Made by a program: the position numbers and the translations under genes. Below are positions 19,986 to 28,896 of a DNA stretch of 64,000 bases, one piece after another (within the stretch, counting starts at the first letter, position 1; the number at the start of each line of letters is the position of its first letter). The stretch spans positions 43,336 to 107,335 of the forward strand of contig JAJPHT010000027.1 of the NCBI GenBank assembly GCA_021325135.1, written 5' to 3'. This DNA is from Pseudomonadota bacterium. Lineage in GTDB: Archaea > Thermoplasmatota > SW-10-69-26 > JACQPN01 > JAJPHT01. A model generated the notes under the pieces. The model saw nothing but the letters and a program-made list of their open reading frames with translations, searched no databases and was not told where the DNA came from.

Positions 19986-20630
19986 ATGAATCGCGCCCCC
20001 CTCGTGGTCCTCCTCCTGTGCGCTGCGCTCGCGTTGACGCCGGTCTCCCTGGCCGGCGGCAACGGCCCCTCCAAGTGCGGGCCGTCCATCACCGCCGTCG
20101 GCCTGAAGCTCGGCGGCGACGACTGTCCCCCTTCGTGCGACGGCAAGGACAAGAAGGACTGCAACCCCTGTGACGAGAAGGATGGCAAGGACTTCAAGTC
20201 CGACGACAAGAAGGACTGCAACTCGTGCGACGAGAAGGATGGCAAGGACTTCAAGTCGGATGACAAGAAGGACTGCAACCCGTGCGACAAGCACGACGGG
20301 AAGGACTTCAAGTCCGACGACAAGAAGTGCCACCCCTGTGACTGCAACCCGTGCGACAAGGACGGCGGTCCCGCCATCTGGAGCGACGACAAGAAGGACT
20401 GCAACCCCTGCGACGAGAAGGACGGCAAGGACTTCAAGTCCGACGACAAGGACTGCCACCCCAACCCGTGCCCCGAGCAGGACAGCAGCACCGTCAAGTC
20501 CGACGGGAACGAGAAGTGCCCGCCCACGCCCCCCACCCAGATCCCCTTCTTCCCCAGCGCGGGCTCGCTGGTGCTGGGCCTCCTGGGCGCGGCCGGCTCC
20601 GTGGGCGCCATCATCCTGAAGCGCCGCTGA
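19986..20630 (+). CDS. Secreted Asp/Lys/Cys repeat protein with IPFFP C-terminal anchor
   Basis: Signal peptide; repeats; PPTPPTQIPFFPSAG + TM + KRR. Confidence 0.85.
   Translation: MNRAPLVVLLLCAALALTPVSLAGGNGPSKCGPSITAVGLKLGGDDCPPSCDGKDKKDCNPCDEKDGKDFKSDDKKDCNSCDEKDGKDFKSDDKKDCNPCDKHDGKDFKSDDKKCHPCDCNPCDKDGGPAIWSDDKKDCNPCDEKDGKDFKSDDKDCHPNPCPEQDSSTVKSDGNEKCPPTPPTQIPFFPSAGSLVLGLLGAAGSVGAIILKRR
20148..20444 (+). repeat. 57-bp coding tandem repeat (DKKDCNPCDEKDGKDFKSD): 4 copies plus 1 variant
   Basis: Units at 20148, 20205, 20262, variant 20319, 20388. Confidence 0.9.
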
Positions 20631-20772
20631 ACGGATGATATCACCGGCGGCGCCCTCGCGCGCCGTCGGCTGCCTCTTTTTTTTTCCTTTTTTTCCGCTT
20701 CCCCATTCCGCTCGCCTGGCCGTTTTCTCGGGGAAGGCGGCCCTTCACGCGAGCGCGCGCGGCTGCGGCTCA

Positions 20773-20785
20773 CGTACCACAACGG
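20773..20785 (+). promoter_or_regulatory. Shared upstream motif of the sortase locus, copy 2
   Basis: CGTACCACAACGG. Confidence 0.55.
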
Positions 20786-20823
20786 CGTTCCACCGATCAA
20801 AGGACCGGGCCCCTGCGATCCGC

Positions 20824-21375
20824 ATGATCCGCCGCTCCCGCATCACCGCAGGCCTCCTTGCTTTCCTCGTCGTGCTCGCTTTGCCCATGGTCGTGGGCGT
20901 GGCGGCGGCGAAGTCCACCGACAACAACGCGGGCACCATCAAGGTGCACGACGACATGAGCGCCGACCCCGACGAGAAGAACCAGCCCCACGTCTCGTGC
21001 GACTTCTGGATCGAGGGCTTCAACATGCAGGACAGCTCGGGCGCGCTGCGCTTCCAGGCGTGGCCGCCCACGGGCAACAAGACCGTGGTGACGCCCACTG
21101 GCGACGGCCTCAACTGGACCGCCGACTCGGGCAACAAGCACGGCAACTACCACTTCCTCAACGGGCCCTACGAGCTGCCCGCGGGCCACTACAAGGTGAC
21201 CGCGATCAACGAGGGCGGCGAGAAGACGAAGTCCAAGGTCTTCTGGGTCGACGACTGCGTGACGCCGCCGACGCCGCCCACGGAGATCCCCTTCTTCCCC
21301 AGCGCGGCCTCCATGGCGCTTGGCGTCGTGGGCGCCCTGGGCGCGGTGGGCGTCGTCCTGCTGAGGCGCCGCTGA
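20824..21375 (+). CDS. Secreted protein with IPFFP C-terminal anchor
   Basis: Signal peptide; NNAGTIKVHD..NQPHVSCDF domain; PPTPPTEIPFFPSAA + TM + RRR. Confidence 0.85.
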   Translation: MIRRSRITAGLLAFLVVLALPMVVGVAAAKSTDNNAGTIKVHDDMSADPDEKNQPHVSCDFWIEGFNMQDSSGALRFQAWPPTGNKTVVTPTGDGLNWTADSGNKHGNYHFLNGPYELPAGHYKVTAINEGGEKTKSKVFWVDDCVTPPTPPTEIPFFPSAASMALGVVGALGAVGVVLLRRR

Positions 21376-21376
21376 G

Positions 21377-21631
21377 GTGCAGGCCCCCTTGGACGCGCTC
21401 CGCTCCTGGGCCCTCCTCGCGCTCCTTGGCCTCCTGGCGGGGGCCGCCCCCGCCGGGGCGTCCCCCGTGGACTGCGCTGAAGGGTGCGAGGCGCCCGCCG
21501 CCTCGCTCGCTCCCGCCCCCCACGCCGCCTCCCCCAGCCCGTGGGGGGTGGCGCTGGCCGAGAGCCTGGGCCTCTGCGCGCTGGCCGCCGCGGGCGTCGC
21601 GGCGGGCGTGCTGCTCGCCAGGCGCGCGTGA
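21377..21631 (+). CDS. Small secreted protein with C-terminal TM and basic tail
   Basis: Signal-like N-terminus, CxxxC, TM + RRA. Confidence 0.55.
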   Translation: MQAPLDALRSWALLALLGLLAGAAPAGASPVDCAEGCEAPAASLAPAPHAASPSPWGVALAESLGLCALAAAGVAAGVLLARRA

Positions 21632-21632
21632 T

Positions 21633-21662
21633 CCTCGGACCTTCGTACCACAACGGGCAACC
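21633..21662 (+). promoter_or_regulatory. Shared upstream motif of the sortase locus, copy 3
   Basis: CCTCGGA-N4-CGTACCACAACGGGCAACC. Confidence 0.6.
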
Positions 21663-21701
21663 GTCCTTCGAGCGACGCGCACCCGCGTTTGAGGTGAGCC
21701 T

Positions 21702-22574
21702 CTGCATCCGACCCTCGCCCGCATCCTCGCCCTTCTGGGGCTCGCGTCGCTGGGCGAGGGCCTCTTCATCCTCCTGCGTGTCGTCCCCCACGAGAGCGTC
21801 CTCCTGGGCGCCATCCTCGCGGCGGCCGGCGCGGTGGCGCTCCTCTTCGCGCCGCTGCCGCGCGTCTCCCGCCTCCCGCGCTGGCCCCTCGCCGCCGCGG
21901 GCGCTGCCGCGGCCCTGGTGGTGATCGGCTACGACGCGATCCACCACGCGCCCCTCGACCCGCCCAAGGTGGGCATCATCGCCCTGGGCCTTGGCCTCGC
22001 GGCGGCGTCCCCCTTCGTCCACCGCCCGCGCGTCGCGAACCCCGTCGCCTGGACCGCCGCGCTCGTGGGCGCCCCCCTTCTCGTCTGGGGCGTCCAGGCG
22101 CTATCAAAAGCCACCGTCGCGGGCATGACGCCCATGGAGCTGTTCATCCGATACGCGCTCCTGGCACCCATGGCCGCGGCGCTATCAGTGTTGGGGCGCC
22201 ACCCCGCCATCGCGGGGCAGGTCATCACCTACGACACGCCGCACGGCCCCTTCGCGCTGGAGGTGGGCGTCGCGTGCAGCGGAATCCAGGCCATGGCGCT
22301 CTTCGGCGGCGTGGTCCTCGTCTTCGTGCTCGCGGAGAAGCCGGGCTGGCGGCGCGGCCTCTTCTGGAGCGCCATCGGCCTCGCGGGCGTGTACGTCATC
22401 AACGTCGTGCGCCTCGTGGTGCTGGCCCTGGTGGGCTCGCGCTGGGGCGCGGACGCGCTGGAGTGGGTCCACGCCAACGCGGGCTGGGCCTTCTTCGTGG
22501 CGTGGAGCGCGGCCTTCGCGTGGATGACCATGGGGCGGCGCAAGGCGGGGGCGTCCGAGGGCGCAGCCCCCTGA
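21702..22574 (+). CDS. Archaeosortase/exosortase family protein
   Basis: Multi-TM; ACSG, NVVRL, WVH match the Cys-Arg-His triad; probable CTG start at 21702 after GAGGTGA. Confidence 0.88.
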   Translation: MHPTLARILALLGLASLGEGLFILLRVVPHESVLLGAILAAAGAVALLFAPLPRVSRLPRWPLAAAGAAAALVVIGYDAIHHAPLDPPKVGIIALGLGLAAASPFVHRPRVANPVAWTAALVGAPLLVWGVQALSKATVAGMTPMELFIRYALLAPMAAALSVLGRHPAIAGQVITYDTPHGPFALEVGVACSGIQAMALFGGVVLVFVLAEKPGWRRGLFWSAIGLAGVYVINVVRLVVLALVGSRWGADALEWVHANAGWAFFVAWSAAFAWMTMGRRKAGASEGAAP

Positions 22575-22590
22575 TGCGCGCGCACCAAGA

Positions 22591-23928
22591 CTAGGAGCCG
22601 TCCCAGCGGTCCGCGGGCCCCGAGAACTGGATCAGCAGCCCTTCGCGCAGGTCGAACGTGAGGCGGCCCGGGACGACGGCGGCCGAGCACGCGCCCAGGC
22701 CGCACGTCTCGTCCTGCGAGATGGCGTACTCCACCGACGCCTGCCACGTCCCGCCGACGCGCAGAAGCTCCAGCCCGACGGGGTCCTCATGGGGGAGAAG
22801 CATCGCGAACCACTCCTGCGCGCCCGCGAGGGTCGCCGGCGGCGCTGCAGAGGGGGCTCCCCACGCCGCGGGTGCAGGGCACGCCTCGAGGCCGGAGGAG
22901 CTAACCTTGTCCTGCTGGGTCTGCGCCACGCCCAGCATCGTGGTGCGGACGACCCGCGTCATCCAGCACGCGCCGTCCGATCCGCCCAGGTGGAGGTCCC
23001 AGTCGAGGAAATCCTCCGCCGTCGTGGGCACGTGGGACTCGGTGGCCTTCACCAGCACGACGGAGGCGTGGGCCGCGGCGAACTGCCGCGTGGCCGCGTC
23101 CCCCTGGGCGACGCGCAGCGCGTCGTCCAGCGGGAAGCCGTCCGCGTCGCGCCCGTCGCGCGGGGCGTCGAAGGGGCCCGCGTCCTGGCGCGGGAGGGGG
23201 GGCAGCGGCGCGGCCGCGGAGGCGGACGGGACGAGCGGGGTCGTGCCGATGTCCGCGTGCTGGAGCGTGGCCCGCACGCGGGCGCCCCCGGGGAGCAGGT
23301 CCGCCGGCATGTCCACCTGCACGGGGCAGGGGAGGTCGGGCGCCACCCACACGCGCGCGTCCAGCGTGGCGTTCTCGAACTCTTGCGCGCTCCACGACCC
23401 CACGCGGGCGGAGCCGACGAGACGCCAGGCGATCTCCTCGGGGGCGCGCCTGTCGTAGCGGACCAGCGTCGCCGGTTGCGCGTCCCCCACGCCCAACCCT
23501 CCGGTGAAGCACCACGCCGTCGGTGCGGCCCAGAGGAAGCGCAGGGGGCCGTGGGGCGCGGGCACCATGTCGTCCGCGCGCGCCGCCACGAGGCCGCGGG
23601 AGCCTGCGAGCGCCACGTCCAGGAGCGTGGCAGGGCGCTCGTCGCCGACGCGCACCTCCACGGTGGCCACCGCGTGCGGGGCGCCCGTGGCGTCGCGCGC
23701 GACGGAGGAGCCGGTGACGCGGAACGCGACCTCCGTGGGGCCGTCCAGGGAACGCGACTGCGGGAAGGCGGGCGAGAGGGCGGGGAGCGATCCCTGGACG
23801 ACGTAGCGGAAGGAGTCCCCGACGCGGACGCCCGCGGGCCAGTGGGACTCCTCCGGCGGGGACTCGGCGCCGGCGAGGCAGCCGCTGACGAGCGCGAGCA
23901 GAAGCGCGAGCGCGAAGGGGCGTCGCAG
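22591..23928 (-). CDS. Lipoprotein of unknown function
   Basis: Frame extends upstream of the listed ORF to (L)RRPFALALLLALVSGC lipobox; probable CTG start after GGAGG. Confidence 0.7.
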   Translation of the reverse strand: MRRPFALALLLALVSGCLAGAESPPEESHWPAGVRVGDSFRYVVQGSLPALSPAFPQSRSLDGPTEVAFRVTGSSVARDATGAPHAVATVEVRVGDERPATLLDVALAGSRGLVAARADDMVPAPHGPLRFLWAAPTAWCFTGGLGVGDAQPATLVRYDRRAPEEIAWRLVGSARVGSWSAQEFENATLDARVWVAPDLPCPVQVDMPADLLPGGARVRATLQHADIGTTPLVPSASAAAPLPPLPRQDAGPFDAPRDGRDADGFPLDDALRVAQGDAATRQFAAAHASVVLVKATESHVPTTAEDFLDWDLHLGGSDGACWMTRVVRTTMLGVAQTQQDKVSSSGLEACPAPAAWGAPSAAPPATLAGAQEWFAMLLPHEDPVGLELLRVGGTWQASVEYAISQDETCGLGACSAAVVPGRLTFDLREGLLIQFSGPADRWDGS

Positions 23929-23940
23929 GGGGCTCCCTCC

Positions 23941-24354
23941 TCAGGCGCAGTGGACGTCCGAGGTGTCGGAGGCGACGAGGACGGCGTTGGCCAGGTAGAG
24001 GCCCGCCTGCGTGTAGATGCAGCTCTCGATGAAGTCCCCTTCCCGGGGCGTGGAGTCCCCGTTGCAGTCGTTCATGGGGACGTCGAACTCCCCCTGGACG
24101 ACGCCCGCGCCGGAGGGCTCGAAGCCGAGGTACCGGACGTGGCCCCCCAGGGGCGCGCAGGAGAACGCCCCTGCGGTGAGGATCGTGGAGCAGGCGGAGG
24201 TCGTGCAGACCTCATAGGCGTCGGCGAGGGCCTTGACGTAGCCCAGCGGCGTGTTCCTTCCCCCGTGGCCCTCCAGGCTGGGCGGCTCGCGGGCCGCGGC
24301 GGCAGGAGCGAGCAGCGCGAGCGCGATGACGAGCGTGGTTCCCCCAATCCTCAT
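23941..24354 (-). CDS. Small secreted Cys-containing protein
   Basis: Signal peptide ending AAAA; 6 Cys. Confidence 0.7.
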   Translation of the reverse strand: MRIGGTTLVIALALLAPAAAAREPPSLEGHGGRNTPLGYVKALADAYEVCTTSACSTILTAGAFSCAPLGGHVRYLGFEPSGAGVVQGEFDVPMNDCNGDSTPREGDFIESCIYTQAGLYLANAVLVASDTSDVHCA

Positions 24355-24426
24355 TGTTACTCCCGGCCGCCTAACAATCCAGGCATCATATAACCCCTCG
24401 CTCGCCGGGGGTGGATGGGTTATTCC

Positions 24427-25029
24427 TCAAGCGGCCCGCGTGCGAGGCGCGGCGCGCATCGCCATCGCGGCGCCCGAGACGACCCACGCGATGAGGACGA
24501 CCCAGTAGACGCGCTGCGTCAAGGCGGGCCAGGGGGTGAGCCATTCCATGCGGGCGATGCCCATGGCCGTGAGCACGGTGAGGGTCCACGAGAGGATGGC
24601 GAAGGTCCTCCAGCCGGCGCGCTCGCGGGCGCTCACGGCGAACGCGCCCACGGCGCCCAGCATGACGACCTGCCCGACGTGGACGAGGCCCAGGTGGACG
24701 ATGCCGTCGGGCCACACGGCGAGGCCCAGGATGGTGGCGCCCGCCAGCACGAGGAGGTAGGCCCCGGCGCGCGTCGCGCGGCTTTCGGGCCGCTGGAGGG
24801 CCAGCGCGCACGCCGAGAGGACGCCCGCGCCGCCGATGGTCAGCTCCGCCAGCGTGAGCACGGGGCGGTGCGGCGTGTCGCCGTAGTCGCTGAGCATGCG
24901 ATAGCGCGGATCGAGGGCGGGCTCCAGCGCGTGGAGCCCCAGGGCGGCGAGCGCGCCCACGGTGACGAGGACGAGGGCCAGCAGCGCCAGCGCACGGGCC
25001 AGGGGTGTCCGCCACGTCGCCGCTCGCAT
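24427..25029 (-). CDS. DUF998-like membrane protein
   Basis: LHALEPALDP...MLSDYG, conserved H, TQR; about 6 TM. Confidence 0.7.
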   Translation of the reverse strand: MRAATWRTPLARALALLALVLVTVGALAALGLHALEPALDPRYRMLSDYGDTPHRPVLTLAELTIGGAGVLSACALALQRPESRATRAGAYLLVLAGATILGLAVWPDGIVHLGLVHVGQVVMLGAVGAFAVSARERAGWRTFAILSWTLTVLTAMGIARMEWLTPWPALTQRVYWVVLIAWVVSGAAMAMRAAPRTRAA

Positions 25030-25055
25030 CTGCCTGCGCCACTGGGGGTGGACGA

Positions 25056-25541
25056 TTATAACTCCCTCGGAACCGCCCAGATCGGACTCCCGGGCTCCTC
25101 CAGGGCCAGCCGCTCGACGCGGGCCAGCGAGGCGACGACGAGGTCCTCCAGGGCGCGCCGGAAGGGGCGGCGCGCGACGCGCGGGGCCTTCAGGTCGTAG
25201 CGCACCTCCCAGCGCAGCGTGGCGAAGCCGCGGCCGGGAATGATCTCAAAATGCTGCGCCCACCGCCTCTGGCCCGGGGTCCGGACGCCCTCCCACGCGA
25301 CGGCCTCCCCCGGGGCCCAGCGCGCGACGCGCTCGTCCCACGAGGGGAGGCCCGTGAAGTGGAGGCGCCGCGCGACGCCGGGCCCGTCCGCGCTCGCGCC
25401 CTCCAGGTACTCGACGGCGCGCAGGTGGCCCGCCTCGCCGGGCGTCGCGTAGAAGTCGGGCCAGCGCCGCGTGTCGCTCACGACGCGCCAGAGGGCGGCG
25501 GGCGTCGCGGCCGCGTCGCGCTCCTCCGAGACGGTGGTCAC
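25056..25541 (-). CDS. SRPBCC/polyketide cyclase-like protein
   Basis: ATPAALWRVVSDTRRWPDF; GTGA overlap with the upstream gene. Confidence 0.7.
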   Translation of the reverse strand: MTTVSEERDAAATPAALWRVVSDTRRWPDFYATPGEAGHLRAVEYLEGASADGPGVARRLHFTGLPSWDERVARWAPGEAVAWEGVRTPGQRRWAQHFEIIPGRGFATLRWEVRYDLKAPRVARRPFRRALEDLVVASLARVERLALEEPGSPIWAVPREL

Positions 25542-26623
25542 TCCCGATCGCCGCCCCGGCCCACGGGCACGAGGGCCGCGCGCTCGCGCTTCCAGCGCTT
25601 GGCCAGCTCGGGCGCCGCGTCGAGGACGCCTTGGAGGTCCTTCAGCGGCGTGTCGGCGAGGCGCTCGACGCCGTACTCCTCCGCCACGACCTCCGCGGCG
25701 CGGCTGCCGGCGAGGCGCTTGCGGTCGCCCAGCAGCTCCTTCCATTGGCGGTGGAGGTGCGCCTGGACCTCCTCGTCCAATTCCACCCCGACGTTGGGCA
25801 TCTCGGTGGGCAGGTCGCGCACGTTGGGAAGCTCGCTCTCGTGCTCGGGGTCGACCCACACGGCGAAGTCCGAGGCGTCGGGGTCGCGCCGCGTGCGGAT
25901 GATGGGGGCGAGCGACTCGATGAAGCGCAGGAAGGAGGAGAAGCCGAAGTCGCGGTAGCTGAAGTCGGGCCGGATGCGGCGGATGCTCTCGTGGAGAGGC
26001 CCGCCGTACACGCGGCCCTCGTCGTCGGCCGCCGCGGGCATGGCCTCCAGCACGATGCGGTGGCCCTCGCTGAGCTTCGTCTTCCCGGCCGGCGCGGCGT
26101 GCTTCGCGGGCGAGGCCGCGGCGCGGCGCGCCTCCTCGGCGTAGGCGGCCTCGGGGAGCGCCGCGACGATGGGCGCGGCGGGCGCCTGGTCGTAGTAGAT
26201 GAACTGGTCGCACGACTGCACGAGCGCGCGCCCCACGCGCTTGCGGCTGCCCAGGCCCACGACGCGCTTGCCCCCCTCGCGCAGCCGCCGCGCGAGCTTG
26301 GCGAAGTCGCTGTCCGCCGTGACAAGGATGAACGTGTCGATGGGGCGCGTGTAGAGCAGGTCCATGGCGTCGACGGTGAGCATGATGTCCGTCGCGTTCT
26401 TGGTGCCGCTGCCCGTGGTGAACTGGTGCAGTTCCTCGAAACCCGCCTCGCGCAGCGCGCTCTGCGCCTTGGCGTGGCGCGTCCAGTCCGCGTAGGCGCG
26501 CCGCACGATGACGCGCCCGAACGCCGCCGCCTCGGCGAGCACGCGGTTGAGGTTCACGTCGCGCGCGTTCTCGTAGTCCATGAGGATGGCGACCGTCGGC
26601 TCGCTGGAGCCTTCGCGGACCAT
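25538..26623 (-). CDS. NYN domain RNase-like protein with OST-HTH/LOTUS domain
   Basis: DYEN, YADW, KNATDI.L.VDAMD, DSDF; PDFSYRDFGFSSF. Confidence 0.9.
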   Translation of the reverse strand: MVREGSSEPTVAILMDYENARDVNLNRVLAEAAAFGRVIVRRAYADWTRHAKAQSALREAGFEELHQFTTGSGTKNATDIMLTVDAMDLLYTRPIDTFILVTADSDFAKLARRLREGGKRVVGLGSRKRVGRALVQSCDQFIYYDQAPAAPIVAALPEAAYAEEARRAAASPAKHAAPAGKTKLSEGHRIVLEAMPAAADDEGRVYGGPLHESIRRIRPDFSYRDFGFSSFLRFIESLAPIIRTRRDPDASDFAVWVDPEHESELPNVRDLPTEMPNVGVELDEEVQAHLHRQWKELLGDRKRLAGSRAAEVVAEEYGVERLADTPLKDLQGVLDAAPELAKRWKRERAALVPVGRGGDRE

Positions 26624-26825
26624 GGGCAGGGTAGCCGGGACCTGGCTGAAAAAGGCATCCGGAGCGGAGGGGGATGCCAGGCGGGAGACTTGCCCTTCCC
26701 GCCTGGCTACGGGCACACCTCCTCGCCCGGCCGGGCGGACCGGCGTGGGCCGGGCCGCGCGACGCCGCCCCCAAGACGCCTCAAGGGGATAACCTCCGTT
26801 GGCGGGCCTTGCCGCGCCCCCGGTC

Positions 26826-26843
26826 AGCAAACTTCGCCAACAA
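26826..26843 (+). promoter_or_regulatory. RiPP-locus motif copy 1
   Basis: AGCAA-ACTTCGC-CAACAA. Confidence 0.55.
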
Positions 26844-26891
26844 TGTTGATCATGCACAGAACGCGTCGTTCTCCCTTGGAGGCATACCTCA

Positions 26892-27143
26892 ATGCTCCGA
26901 CTTGCCATGATCGTGTTCGTGATTGCCTACGCCGTCTCTGGGCTGGGAATCGCTGCCGCGTCCGGGAACCCGGCCGTCCTGAGTCCTGTCATTGACAACG
27001 TCATCATTGACAACGTCAACGTGGAGCGTTTCGTCGAGATCCACTGCCCCATCCACGTGTCCTACCTCTGCGGCGAATGCCCCCTGTCAAGCTCGGCCAT
27101 CATGGGCGACCCCGTGGGCTACGTCGAGACGTGCGCGTGGTAA
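26892..27143 (+). CDS. Small secreted Cys-containing protein
   Basis: GGAGG RBS; signal peptide; 4 Cys. Confidence 0.65.
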   Translation: MLRLAMIVFVIAYAVSGLGIAAASGNPAVLSPVIDNVIIDNVNVERFVEIHCPIHVSYLCGECPLSSSAIMGDPVGYVETCAW

Positions 27144-27160
27144 GGCCTGGACGTGTCGCC

Positions 27161-28678
27161 ATGGGACCCCGCTTCCTCCTGATCGTGGCCGCCCTGCTCG
27201 CCCTGGCGAGCCCGTGGGCCGCGGCAGGGGGGCGCCTGGACGCGCCCGTGGCAACCCTCATCGTCAAGGACAGCCACCCCGACTCCTGCGGCCTGCCCGG
27301 ATTCTGTCCGGCCGAGGTCAACGCCTCGGCGGAGGACCCGGGCAACGCGACCGTCGACCTCTCGGACCGCTTCGAGTACGTCGGCGTCGCCACCAACGAC
27401 AGCCTCGTGGAGGACACCACGGGGTACCCGCTCCTGCCCGACTCCGGCCTCGTCGTCCACGGCCGCGACCTCTACGTCCGCCACCCGCTCACCAGCACGG
27501 CGACGCACGCCTACAACAACCACGTCCCGGACTACCCCGGGCGCGACCACGCGGGCGTCGAGATGAGCCCCCAGAACGTCACCCTCAACACGCCCGGCGT
27601 CGCCGGGAACCTCCAGACGACCTACCTCCCCTACAGCAACGACGGGGTGGGCTACGACCAGGAGGGCCCCTTCAACACGCCGGGCGGCAACGACACGGAC
27701 ACCTACCTGGGCCACCCTGAGCTGCCCTGCCACTACGTCGACACCGCCTCCTGCTGGGAGACGAGCGACGGCGCGGACGCCCAGCGCCGCAACGCGACGC
27801 CCGACGTGAACCTCGGCTTCTCCTTCAACACGACGCAGCTGGCCACCGACCCCGCGCGTCTCAACGCGTCGAACCAGTCGGGCTCGTACCCCATTGGCCC
27901 CTCGGTCCCCCCCTGGTCCTACGAGGCGCCCCAGACGATCCCGCTCCCCCTGCCGGGCCAGGCCCCGATCCCCTCCCAGGCGCTCCCCCCGGCCCCGCCC
28001 CCGGCCTCTGCCCCCGCGGCGGCGCACGGCCGCGCGCCCGCGGGCGGCCCGCGCGCCTCGGTCGCGACCGCGCTCATCGCGCCCGCGGCGCCGCGCCTCG
28101 GCGCGGCCCCCCTCGTCGCGGGGCTCGTGGGCGGCAGCGTCGTGCAGGCGCTGCTGAGCCTCTACTCCCGCATCGCGAGCCGCGAGGAGGTCCTGGACTC
28201 CCGGCCGCGCCGCGAGATCCTGGAGCGCGTCGGCGCGCACCGCGTCTGCTCGCTGGCCGAACTGACGCGCGCGACGGGCATGAACCGCAACGCCGTCACG
28301 CACCACCTCCGCAAGCTCGCGGGCTTCGGCCTCGTCCGCCTCGTGCGCGAGGACCGCCAGCTCTTCGTCATGCCCGTGGGCGAGCCCGCCCCCGGCGGCG
28401 ACGTGCCGCTGCGCGTCTCGCGCCACACGCTGCGCAGGCGCATCGTGGACGCGCTGGAGGCGCAGGGCGGGCAGATGGCCCGCGTCGCGCTCCACGATGC
28501 GCTCTCCGACGCGCCCGAGCGCACGCGCAACTACACGCTGCGCCGCATGGAGCAGCTTGGCGTGCTGCGAAGCTGGGAGGACGAGCGCGGCGAGCGCCAC
28601 GTCGCCCTCGCGCGCGCCCCCGCGGCCTCCGCCCCCGGCGCGGCCCGCGGCGCGCTCTCCTCGCCCAACCACGTCTGA
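27161..28678 (+). CDS. Membrane-anchored winged-helix regulator with large extracellular domain
   Basis: Signal peptide, Pro/Ala linker, weak TM, then LYSRI.SREEVLDSRPRREI..SLAELTRATGMNRNAVTHHLRKL and a second degenerate wHTH. Confidence 0.8.
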   Translation: MGPRFLLIVAALLALASPWAAAGGRLDAPVATLIVKDSHPDSCGLPGFCPAEVNASAEDPGNATVDLSDRFEYVGVATNDSLVEDTTGYPLLPDSGLVVHGRDLYVRHPLTSTATHAYNNHVPDYPGRDHAGVEMSPQNVTLNTPGVAGNLQTTYLPYSNDGVGYDQEGPFNTPGGNDTDTYLGHPELPCHYVDTASCWETSDGADAQRRNATPDVNLGFSFNTTQLATDPARLNASNQSGSYPIGPSVPPWSYEAPQTIPLPLPGQAPIPSQALPPAPPPASAPAAAHGRAPAGGPRASVATALIAPAAPRLGAAPLVAGLVGGSVVQALLSLYSRIASREEVLDSRPRREILERVGAHRVCSLAELTRATGMNRNAVTHHLRKLAGFGLVRLVREDRQLFVMPVGEPAPGGDVPLRVSRHTLRRRIVDALEAQGGQMARVALHDALSDAPERTRNYTLRRMEQLGVLRSWEDERGERHVALARAPAASAPGAARGALSSPNHV

Positions 28679-28785
28679 GCCCGATAACGGCCCGTGCGTT
28701 TTGATATCAGATTTGCCTTAGCCGCGGCCCCGGGCCCCTTTTCGGATCGCCTCGGGGCGCCCGGGGGCCCGGAAAGGCGCCTCGC

Positions 28786-28803
28786 GGCAACCGTGGACAA
28801 CAA
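28786..28803 (+). promoter_or_regulatory. RiPP-locus motif copy 2
   Basis: GGCAA-CCGTGGA-CAACAA. Confidence 0.55.
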
Positions 28804-28896
28804 TCGGCGCGCGAAATATCCATGTACGTGACGCCTATACGGAGTGGGTCGCGCCCGCGGCGGTCGCCCGGACGCACCATCTCAGAGGTTTCGCCT

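Noticed and set aside
20148-20444. 57-bp repeats as a CRISPR array
   Set aside because: Contiguous in-frame coding repeats without unique spacers
23929-23943. Stop-codon readthrough or selenocysteine fusion at the in-frame TGA
   Set aside because: The downstream frame has its own RBS and lipoprotein signal peptide, so separate initiation is simpler
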